Below are positions 19,650 through 26,950 of a DNA stretch of 33,024 bases, in pieces. The stretch comes from Candidatus Saccharimonadales bacterium (GTDB lineage: Bacteria; Patescibacteriota; Saccharimonadia; Saccharimonadales; UBA10212). The position numbers were made by a program, and so were the translations under genes. The notes under the pieces were generated by a model. The model was given only the letters and a program-made list of their open reading frames with translations. It was not told where the DNA came from and ran no database searches. The stretch covers positions 1-33,024 of the forward strand of contig DASRGY010000070.1 of NCBI GenBank assembly GCA_035650795.1. Direction: 5' to 3'. Position 1 is the stretch's first letter. Each line of letters opens with the position of its first letter.

Positions 19650-19675
19650 AAAAAAGCACCAGTTTTCACTGATGC
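19650..19675 (-). terminator. Intrinsic terminator downstream of the tmRNA
   Basis: The minus-strand RNA reads GCAUCAG-UGAAAA-CUGGUGC followed by UUUUUU. The single non-Watson-Crick position is a G-U pair on the minus strand but a C-A mismatch on the plus strand. Confidence 0.6.
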
Positions 19676-19680
19676 ATTTT

Positions 19681-20076
19681 TGGTGGAGCTGGCGGGTATT
19701 GAGCCCGCGTCCGCCGGTTTAGCTAACTAGCTTTCTACAGGCATAGGCCATTTACAAAATTCAGAAACATAACCGATAAATGGCCAAAATGTTATGTTTC
19801 CTATTCCTAAAACTTAGCAGTTCTGTCGGAAAACCAGATCTGCGCAACCAGATTATATGACACGCTGATGGCACTATCTGATGTCGCGCCAGGCGTGGTT
19901 ACAGAAATTAAGCTGTAACTGGTACGGCAACTGGGAATAAAGCAGCAGCAAAGCTGTTTACTCGATCAGCTGCACGTGAAAAGATGTTTTTTGCATCTAA
20001 TCAAATTTGCCTATAACGCTGACAAGCGACCTGCAGGCTAGTTGTTAAAGACCAACGTCAAGCTGTAATCAGCCCC
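19681..20076 (-). ncRNA. ssrA: tmRNA (ssrA), one-piece
   Basis: The 5' end is GGGGCTGATTACAGCTTGACG and the 3' end is GGACGCGGGCTCAATACCCGCCAGCTCCACCA. The acceptor stem pairs GGGGCTG with CAGCTCC and includes the G3-U70 pair. A T-arm and CCA are present. An internal ORF ends in Ala-stop. Confidence 0.9.
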
Positions 20077-20098
20077 GTTTTACCTCATCTAGAGGCAT

Positions 20099-20120
20099 AA
20101 GTATTATATCACAAATACTT
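20099..20120. repeat. Palindrome AAGTATT-N8-AATACTT between the marR stop and the tmRNA 5' end
   Basis: With flanks, the arms extend to 9 bp: ATAAGTATT / AATACTTAT. The minus-strand spacer contains TGATATAAT, an extended -10-like element, 26 nt upstream of the mature tmRNA 5' end. The site shares 13 nt (plus-strand TCACAAATACTTA) with the site at 20574..20586. Confidence 0.7.
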
Positions 20121-20123
20121 ATT

Positions 20124-20570
20124 TTAGCCAATAGCCTTTAGCAGATTGTCAATGGCGTGGTTAAAGGCCTTAGTTTCTTCTGAGCTCAATAACCTTAGGA
20201 GATCCTTCTGCTGAATATTAAGAAGTTGTAGGGATTTGTCATAGGTATTTTTACCCTTAGACGTGAGTATAACTTCTCGTTGTCGTTTGTCTTTCGGATT
20301 ACGCTTGATATCTACCAGTCCCTGTCGCTTCATACTCTGGAGTTGTCGGCTTATGTTAGCCTCTGTTTGCCTAAGTTTAATAGCTACCCCATGCTGCGAG
20401 TAGGCAATTGAAGTATGTAGGGCTGACATTATACGGACTTGAGACAACCCAATTTTTACTTCAGATTCTAAAAGTTCATTAGTTAGCTGTTGTAAAACAA
20501 ACATTAGTTGGTGCAGGGAAGTCGGTGAGTCTTTATGGCTAAATGCTTGTGCTTTCATTCTCCCCATCAT
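20124..20570 (-). CDS. MarR-family transcriptional regulator
   Basis: The winged-HTH region is LSQVRIMSALH...GVAIKLRQTEANISRQLQSMKRQGLVDIKRNPKDKRQREVILTSKG. The start may be one of the downstream Mets (MMGRM...). Confidence 0.85.
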   Translation of the reverse strand: MMGRMKAQAFSHKDSPTSLHQLMFVLQQLTNELLESEVKIGLSQVRIMSALHTSIAYSQHGVAIKLRQTEANISRQLQSMKRQGLVDIKRNPKDKRQREVILTSKGKNTYDKSLQLLNIQQKDLLRLLSSEETKAFNHAIDNLLKAIG

Positions 20571-20578
20571 AATTCACA

Positions 20579-20600
20579 AATACTTAACAAGTCAAGTATT
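20579..20600. repeat. Palindrome AATACTT-N8-AAGTATT between the rsmA stop and the marR start
   Basis: The half-sites are the same as at 20099..20120 and 11196..11217. The minus-strand spacer contains TTGACT, a -35-like hexamer. The site lies 5 nt after the rsmA stop and 8 nt before the first marR ATG. Confidence 0.7.
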
Positions 20601-20605
20601 ATGAA

Positions 20606-21382
20606 TTAGCCAGGGAACAACTCATAAATTTTATGCCATTCTTGTAAAGAGAGGTCTTGAGCCCGACGGCTACTGTCAATACCAGCTTTTTTTAACAGCT
20701 TATCTGCAGCATCTTTAGTTATTCTAAGACCTCCGCTCAAACTGCTTCGAAGTTTCTTTCGTCTTTCACTAAAACCAGCTCTTACAATTTGAAAATATTT
20801 TTGACTATCCAAGTCCTTAAAGAGCGGTTCTGTGCGCTTGTCCATGAATACTACTTGTGAATCAACTTTGGGCGGGGGCATAAATGCTTTGGCTGGAACA
20901 ACCATTCCTGGATTACATTTGTAATACAGCTGAACACTAACCGCTAAAACACTCATTTTTCCTGGACCGGCACAAATACGTTCAGCAACCTCCTTCTGAA
21001 CCAGGAGCGTCATAGTAGATGGTGGGTTGGACGACTCACACAAAATCCGCAATAAATTACTGGTTAAATAATATGGGATGTTAGCGACTACCTTGTAGCT
21101 CGCCGGCAAGTTTGTCAAATCAAACTTCAAAATATCAGCTGGTATAACTTCCAGATTGTCGGATTGTATATTGTGTAAAAGCTTAGCAGCCAAGACTTCG
21201 TCTAGTTCTATAGCTACTACCTTTTTCGATCTTTTGACTAAGTATTTTGTGAGATTACCTAATCCTGGGCCAATTTCTAAAACCGTATCACTACCAGATA
21301 TGCTCGCATCGTCGGCAATTGATTCAAGAATGTTTTCATCTTTTAGCCAATGTTGTCCTAAAGATTTTTTCGGGTACTCCAT
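20606..21382 (-). CDS. rsmA: 16S rRNA (adenine1518/1519-N6)-dimethyltransferase
   Basis: The motifs KKSLGQHWL and the SAM motif VLEIGPGLGNLT are present, along with NIPYYLTS. I moved the start to the Met at 21382 (MEYPKKSLGQHW), which abuts the upstream gene's stop at 21384. Confidence 0.9.
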   Translation of the reverse strand: MEYPKKSLGQHWLKDENILESIADDASISGSDTVLEIGPGLGNLTKYLVKRSKKVVAIELDEVLAAKLLHNIQSDNLEVIPADILKFDLTNLPASYKVVANIPYYLTSNLLRILCESSNPPSTMTLLVQKEVAERICAGPGKMSVLAVSVQLYYKCNPGMVVPAKAFMPPPKVDSQVVFMDKRTEPLFKDLDSQKYFQIVRAGFSERRKKLRSSLSGGLRITKDAADKLLKKAGIDSSRRAQDLSLQEWHKIYELFPG

Positions 21383-21383
21383 G

Positions 21384-22595
21384 CTACCAGCTATGACTAC
21401 CGAGCCAATGATTATATGCAGCAGCCCAGCTGCCATAAACCCTATGAGCGTAATCACTGCACCAGTGGAGTTGCGTTATTGGGCTGGTAGCCCAGTCGCC
21501 ACCTGCACTGGCCATTTTACTTCCCGGAGTGGACTGGCAAAGACCATAACCGCCATAATCAGGCACGCCATGATACGCCGGGCAGCCGCCATATTCGCCT
21601 TGAGCTTTAGTGGGACACCAGCCAGACTCGTGGCTAACTATGTAATTAACATAGGCATAGTCAGAGCTACTTATGCCTGCTGCTGCCATCAGCGAAGATT
21701 TATCACCATTAATATCAATTACCGTTCCTCTTGCAATAATCTTGGGGACTGCCGGCTGGATGATGGCTTCTTGAATCAGTTTGCGGCCTGTCTCTTTGCC
21801 GTCTTGGGTTGTTACAATGTAAGTTAATAGTTTTTTGCCCGGGCTGCCAGATTGACGTTCGGCAGTTGCTCCGAAACTCAGAGTGTTATCATCTACTGTT
21901 TGTGTCGGTATGGGTATTGCCTCTTCGGCAGTCTCAACTTTTGCACCTTTGGCCAACACAAAAACCTGCATATTAGGAGTTATCTTGGTTTTAAGAGATG
22001 GGTCTACAGTCTCTCCATTATCTAAATTTATGTGTTTTTCCCCCAATAGTCCGGACACTGTTTTAGCTTGAGTATATGTGGCAATCTGTGCTCCATATAA
22101 ATTAAGAGCAATCGGGATCGCCCGCGAGACTACTACTTGTTCGCCTATGACATTGTCCTTGAGATCACCTGGCACAAATGTCGCTATATCTTCTGGATTA
22201 ACTTTAAGGCCTGCGTCCTGTGCTATAACCCTGGGGCTTCTTTGGGCAGTTAACGTAACAGATTTACTTGACCCATCAACAACCGTAACAGGCCGAGCAT
22301 GGTAGATATTAATACGAAAATTATCTTCGACAATAGGTGTGTCACGTGTCGGTTCAACTACATCTTGATCAATAAGGTGAAGGTTAAGGCGATCCACTAG
22401 TTCGCCGACAGTTTTAGCTTTTGTATCGATCACCTGAGATTTACCGGCATCAAACAAAAATACTACATGGGCATCAGACGGACGAAAAGTTTGGCCATTG
22501 CTGCGACTAACCCAAATCGTTAAAACAACACCTAGGCCTAGAATCAATCCCAATAAAGGAATAATATAAGGCCGATTTTTTAAATGTTGCTTCAT
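21384..22595 (-). CDS. YabE/RpfB-like cell wall protein: TM anchor, three DUF348-like repeats, a G5 domain and a C-terminal lysozyme-like/transglycosylase domain
   Basis: The N-terminal TM helix is followed by three repeats of the DUF348 pattern (TVGELVDRLNLHLIDQD.., VIAQDAGLKVNPED.., TVSGLLGEKHINLDNGE..). A G5-like block follows (QTVDDNTLSFGATAERQSGSPGKKLLTYIVTTQDGKETGRKLI). The C-terminus reads SHESGW...GYGLCQ...YGSWAAAYNHWLGSHSW. Confidence 0.85.
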   Translation of the reverse strand: MKQHLKNRPYIIPLLGLILGLGVVLTIWVSRSNGQTFRPSDAHVVFLFDAGKSQVIDTKAKTVGELVDRLNLHLIDQDVVEPTRDTPIVEDNFRINIYHARPVTVVDGSSKSVTLTAQRSPRVIAQDAGLKVNPEDIATFVPGDLKDNVIGEQVVVSRAIPIALNLYGAQIATYTQAKTVSGLLGEKHINLDNGETVDPSLKTKITPNMQVFVLAKGAKVETAEEAIPIPTQTVDDNTLSFGATAERQSGSPGKKLLTYIVTTQDGKETGRKLIQEAIIQPAVPKIIARGTVIDINGDKSSLMAAAGISSSDYAYVNYIVSHESGWCPTKAQGEYGGCPAYHGVPDYGGYGLCQSTPGSKMASAGGDWATSPITQLHWCSDYAHRVYGSWAAAYNHWLGSHSW

Positions 22596-22606
22596 CCTAT
22601 AATAGG

Positions 22607-24733
22607 TTAATCCAGTCTGGTAAGAGGTGCAAAGGCAATGTTTAGTTTTTTTGTGCCTCGGCCACGAAAATAAATCACAGCTGTTTCGCCTTCTATCTCT
22701 AGAACCGTACCTATGCCAAAGAGCTGATGCTTAACTCCGTCACCTTCATTCAACTCTGGAATATAGCGGACTTCATCTGGGTTTAATGTGGGAAAATCTG
22801 GTTCAGATTCATGGGAAGAAACAAGGCTACTTTCTACATCAGATAAAAAGCGGCTAGGAGGATTATTTAAACGTCCGCCGTATAAAGTACGCGATGTAGC
22901 GTACGTTAAGAAAAGTTCTTCTTTAGCCCTTGTCATACCAACATACATCAGTCGTCTCTCCTCCTCCATTTCGCCTGCATCGTAAAGAGCTCTAGAATGG
23001 GGCATGATTGACTCCTCCAGGCCGGTGATAAAAACTACAGGGAATTCTAGGCCTTTGGCCGCATGTAAGGTCATCAAAGTTATTACATTACTGCTAGCAT
23101 CAGCTTGATCCAGATCAGACAATAGAGACACTTCTTCTAAAAAGCCGGCCAGACCCAGTTCTTGGTATTCCGTAGCAACGCTTAATAATTCTTTAACATT
23201 TTCAATTCTTGCTTCACCTTGCGGCGTTCCGTCTTGAATAAATAAAAGGTAGTCCAGACGCCGGAGTAAGCTCTCAACAAGTGCCGCTGGAGCAAGTATG
23301 TCGATTTGTGCTTTAAAACTGGTAAGAATGTCGGCAAGATCAACGAATCCTTTAGCAGCCTTGGCTGTAAGTTGCGGACATTGGCTAACTTTTTCTAGAC
23401 TCTCAAGTAGGCCAAATTGGTTATCTGCCTTCCATTGCCGGAAGTTGTTTAACGACTTAGAGCCTATACCTCTGGCTGGCACGTTTACTATTCGTTCAAA
23501 ACTGGCAGTATCTTCTGATTGATATATAAGCCTTAAGTACGCCATTATATCCTTAACTTCCTTTCGGTCGTAAAATCGAACACCACCGACAATACGATAT
23601 GGCACGCCGTGACGAATAAATGCTTCTTCCAGCGCACGACTCTGGGCGTTAGTACGGTATAGCACGGCATAATCCTTATACTGCCGAGCACCAATATCAA
23701 CATTGGATTTAATGCGCCGGATCACAGCTTCAGCTTCAGCCCGTTCACTATTAACTTGAATTACCTGTAGAGGTGATCCTTCTCCTGCTTCTGTCCATAG
23801 TTTTTTATCACTACGATCGCGATTATGGCTAATTATCTGGTGGGCAGCATCTAAAATATTTTTTGTGCTTCTGTAATTTTGTTCCAGTTTAATAACACTA
23901 CAACCACTAAAGTCGCGTTCAAAATTCAAAATATTGCGATAGTCAGCTCCTCGCCAAGAATAGATACTCTGCCAATCATCACCAACCACCGCTATATTAC
24001 GCTGCGGACTGGTAAGTGCGCGAATAAGCTGGTACTGCGCGCCATTTGTATCCTGATACTCGTCAACCATTACATACTTAAATTGTCTTTGCCACTTGGA
24101 TTGTACTTCTTCTTGCCGAGCCAATAATTCTACACACCTTGCTATGAGGTCGTCGAAATCAAGCGCCTTTGATTCCCTAAGCACCGATTCATATAGAGGA
24201 AATACCTTGGCTGCGGCATGGGTTGCCGGACTATTGGCTAAAGAGCTAAATTCCTGATGACTAACCATCTCATTCTTGGCTCCAGAGATCAGAGATGCTA
24301 ATAAATTTGGCGGAAAACTCTTTTCATCAATGCCTGCTTGTCGACTAACCTGCTTAATAGCTGCTAATCTGTCTCCTTCATCCCAAATTACAAAATTGCG
24401 CGGAATGCCAATAGCCTCACCATCCTGACGCAGTATTCGCACGCAAACAGAGTGGAACGTGCCCATAAAAGGTAGGAAACTGCGGTTATCGGGGTCTTTG
24501 CCTAGTAGCTTAGATATTCTGGCACGCATTTCACCAGCGGCTTTGTTGGTGAAAGTAACAGCCAGAATATTAAATGGAGTCGCCCGCTTAGAATAAAGTA
24601 AATAGGCAATTCGGTGAGTCAGAGTTTTAGTTTTACCGCTTCCTGCCCCTGCCAAAATTAGCATTGGGCCTTCCGTTGTTTTTACGGCACGTCTCTGCTC
24701 AGGATTTAACTCCTCAAGTAAGTTATCAATCAC
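22607..24733 (-). CDS. pcrA: ATP-dependent DNA helicase PcrA/UvrD, superfamily 1
   Basis: Motif I is AGAGSGKT. VDEYQDTN, GDDWQSIYSWRGA, the NYRS motif, TLHAAKGLEFPVVF and VGMTRAKE are also present. The apparent start codon is GTG at 24733. Confidence 0.95.
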   Translation of the reverse strand: MIDNLLEELNPEQRRAVKTTEGPMLILAGAGSGKTKTLTHRIAYLLYSKRATPFNILAVTFTNKAAGEMRARISKLLGKDPDNRSFLPFMGTFHSVCVRILRQDGEAIGIPRNFVIWDEGDRLAAIKQVSRQAGIDEKSFPPNLLASLISGAKNEMVSHQEFSSLANSPATHAAAKVFPLYESVLRESKALDFDDLIARCVELLARQEEVQSKWQRQFKYVMVDEYQDTNGAQYQLIRALTSPQRNIAVVGDDWQSIYSWRGADYRNILNFERDFSGCSVIKLEQNYRSTKNILDAAHQIISHNRDRSDKKLWTEAGEGSPLQVIQVNSERAEAEAVIRRIKSNVDIGARQYKDYAVLYRTNAQSRALEEAFIRHGVPYRIVGGVRFYDRKEVKDIMAYLRLIYQSEDTASFERIVNVPARGIGSKSLNNFRQWKADNQFGLLESLEKVSQCPQLTAKAAKGFVDLADILTSFKAQIDILAPAALVESLLRRLDYLLFIQDGTPQGEARIENVKELLSVATEYQELGLAGFLEEVSLLSDLDQADASSNVITLMTLHAAKGLEFPVVFITGLEESIMPHSRALYDAGEMEEERRLMYVGMTRAKEELFLTYATSRTLYGGRLNNPPSRFLSDVESSLVSSHESEPDFPTLNPDEVRYIPELNEGDGVKHQLFGIGTVLEIEGETAVIYFRGRGTKKLNIAFAPLTRLD

Positions 24734-24796
24734 TTTATAATTATATCAACAGAGTGTTTTGAGTAAGCGAACCATCAGTATATGCAGGTAATGTAT

Positions 24797-25984
24797 CTAT
24801 TGTGAGCTTGCAGAAGCGCCTGCAATTGTGTTTATCAGTTTCTTGATGTTGTCACCATTCGTCATTTTGGTATCTTTAACTCTTAGGACGGCCAAAGAAC
24901 CACCCCCGGACAAATTAGCTGTATAAATATCGCCGAGCACATTGCCTTGGGCATCTTTTGTTTTTAGCTGGGCAATAACTGCATCATTAATCTTAGTGGC
25001 GTCAGTAAGTGGTCCTTGGTCACAAGTTACGGTCGTAGGCGAATCTACTCCAGCTGATGTACTGAAATGTAAGAGCATCTTATAAAACTTGCTGTCGTTT
25101 GTCCCAACGCACCATTGCAGATAGTCGTAATAGAGGGGAGTGCGAGCAGACGGCAGATATTTTGAAGACGTCATCGCAATCTCTATATCCTTATTAGTCG
25201 CAAAGTGAACTAGATAGGCGTAAGTACCATCGGATTTCTTATCTCCTCCTCGCTGACTAAAACCGGGATCGGTGGTTGTAGTTGGAGCGCCCCAATCAGT
25301 TGGGTAGGCAAACACCACTGGTGTACCAGTGGGTTGGTATTTTGTGAAGCCAGTAGGCAAGCTAGACTGATTGACACTAACAGGCTGACTATTGGAAGAG
25401 TTAGGGGAGTTACTGCTAGCGTCAGCGTTTGACTGAGTATGGCTAAATATATGAAAAGGTAGAACGTCAGTCTTTGCATCTACCGCTGCATAAATTCCAG
25501 CCAAGATAATGAGTGCTATAACGACCCACGCCCAAATTCGCGGCTGATGGTGGTAAGCTGTACGTCCTGCAGGAACATGAAGTTCCGCACCACTATTGTC
25601 ATCAGAGTTAGATTCTTTTTTTGATTTGCTAGCTAAATCGTCTTGGTGCTCTGAGTCAGGCAAAGAAGTACTGTGCCCGAATAGGCTGCTTCCGGTGGTT
25701 TTGGAATCAGATAACTCTCCATCAGTGGTTTTAGGGGATGGATTCCATGCTGGGCTATCTTCATATGAAGCTGAATTGTCGCCCAAGTTAGGAGTATGCG
25801 GATGCGGTTTCTCATCTGGAACTGAATCTTCAACAGCAAGGCCGGCTGCAGCATGGGCTTCGTGCGTACCTTCTCTAAGCATCGGGTCGGGCATCATTGG
25901 ATGATGACCAACTATAACTGGCTTTGAGGTTGGGTGTGGATGTGGTTTACTTACGTCGAAAAATTTTTTGCCGTCTTCTTGCAT
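24797..25984 (-). CDS. Hypothetical single-pass membrane protein with a His/Pro-rich disordered N-terminal region and a C-terminal extracytoplasmic domain
   Basis: 395-aa ORF. The N-terminus is KPHPHPTSKPVIVGHHPMMPDPM followed by low-complexity sequence. The TM helix is IWAWVVIALIILAGIYAAV, followed by a Ser/Asn-rich linker. The folded C-terminal domain of about 190 aa has two Cys. Confidence 0.65.
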   Translation of the reverse strand: MQEDGKKFFDVSKPHPHPTSKPVIVGHHPMMPDPMLREGTHEAHAAAGLAVEDSVPDEKPHPHTPNLGDNSASYEDSPAWNPSPKTTDGELSDSKTTGSSLFGHSTSLPDSEHQDDLASKSKKESNSDDNSGAELHVPAGRTAYHHQPRIWAWVVIALIILAGIYAAVDAKTDVLPFHIFSHTQSNADASSNSPNSSNSQPVSVNQSSLPTGFTKYQPTGTPVVFAYPTDWGAPTTTTDPGFSQRGGDKKSDGTYAYLVHFATNKDIEIAMTSSKYLPSARTPLYYDYLQWCVGTNDSKFYKMLLHFSTSAGVDSPTTVTCDQGPLTDATKINDAVIAQLKTKDAQGNVLGDIYTANLSGGGSLAVLRVKDTKMTNGDNIKKLINTIAGASASSQ

Positions 25985-26040
25985 GCTACTAACTATTTAA
26001 TAATCTTTTCTATATATTAGCATTATCGCTTTGGTTAGGT

Positions 26041-26835
26041 CTATTCATCATCTACGCTTCCGTCAACATTACGCTGCCAACGTCTAGCTGCATCAACAAT
26101 AGACGAAAATGTATGATAATTTAAACTAGCGTGGCCAACCAGAAAACCGTCAACCCCTGGTACATTTAATAGCCCAAAAACCGCATCAGGCATCACATCG
26201 CCCCCATACAGAACCCTCACACCTTTAGCAGCCTTAGGACCAAAGACATCCTCAATATACTTGCGAATATATTTAACTGCTTCTTGTACTTGATCCGGCT
26301 TAGCGACAACCTCTCCTTGGCCAATTGCCCACACGGGTTCATAAGCTATAACTACCTTTTGAACTTCGCGGGCAGTCAAATTGGATAAAGCCGTCATGAG
26401 TTGGTCATGAAGCACTTGCTTAGTCTCGCCATCCTCTCGCTCTGGCTTTGTCTCGCCTACGCATAATATCGGAGTAATGTCGTTGCGTACTGCAGCTGCA
26501 ACTTTGTCGCGTATCATATCCAGATTCTCGCCAAAAATATGTCGCCGTTCAGAATGACCAATTATAACGTAGTGGACCAAATCCCGAAGCATAGTAAAGC
26601 TGACCTCTCCCGTAAATGGACCTTCATCCCTGAAATAGGCATTTTGCGCTGCTAAGCGAAACTTGCGCCGATCTATCTGGAAGCTAAGTGGCTGAAGCGT
26701 CAACATGCTGGGGGCTAAAACAACTTCTATATCCCTCAAAATTTTAACGCGTTCTTGTAACCGATGAACCAACAGGCTAGCCTGAGAAGCATTCAGGTAC
26801 ATTTTCCAATTGCCGACTATTAATAGCTTGCCCAT
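26041..26835 (-). CDS. tpiA: Triosephosphate isomerase
   Basis: The motifs VGNWKMY, IIGHSERR, AYEPVWAIGQG and LYGGDV are present. Confidence 0.95.
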   Translation of the reverse strand: MGKLLIVGNWKMYLNASQASLLVHRLQERVKILRDIEVVLAPSMLTLQPLSFQIDRRKFRLAAQNAYFRDEGPFTGEVSFTMLRDLVHYVIIGHSERRHIFGENLDMIRDKVAAAVRNDITPILCVGETKPEREDGETKQVLHDQLMTALSNLTAREVQKVVIAYEPVWAIGQGEVVAKPDQVQEAVKYIRKYIEDVFGPKAAKGVRVLYGGDVMPDAVFGLLNVPGVDGFLVGHASLNYHTFSSIVDAARRWQRNVDGSVDDE

Positions 26836-26911
26836 TACCGCTTTGTCATTGTAGTTAAGCTTATTTTACACGAGAACTACATTCAACCATAACAAATAAA
26901 ACTCCGTATAC

Positions 26912-26937
26912 ACAAATGAACCGATCGGTCCATTTGT
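26912..26937 (-). terminator. Strong hairpin between pgk and tpiA; a terminator, processing or stability element
   Basis: The minus-strand RNA is ACAAAUGGACCGAUCGGUUCAUUUGU. The stem is about 11 bp, including one G-U pair that would be an A-C mismatch on the plus strand. It starts 13 nt after the pgk stop. The U-rich run (UUUUAUUU) begins only about 10 nt after the stem, so it is not a canonical intrinsic terminator. Confidence 0.35.
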
Positions 26938-26950
26938 AAGTGGAGCATAC

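Noticed and set aside
18658-20123. Possible genomic island integrated at the tmRNA, with similar ideas for tRNA-Val at 11746..11822 and tRNA-Glu at 29523..29598
   Set aside because: No integrase, recombinase, phage or transposase gene is present. I could find no duplicated copy of the tmRNA or tRNA 3' end by eye that would mark an att site. The suspicion of an accessory region is kept only as a synteny remark.
21156-21827. 223-aa plus-strand ORF
   Set aside because: It is antisense to rsmA and the YabE-like gene and spans their junction. Both of those genes have clear family motifs, and this ORF has none.
25210-25904. Nested ORFs 25210..25479(-), 25596..25904(+) and 25633..25854(-)
   Set aside because: All lie inside the 395-aa gene 24797..25984, in other frames or on the other strand. 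The low-complexity Ser/Pro/His coding region keeps the alternative frames open.
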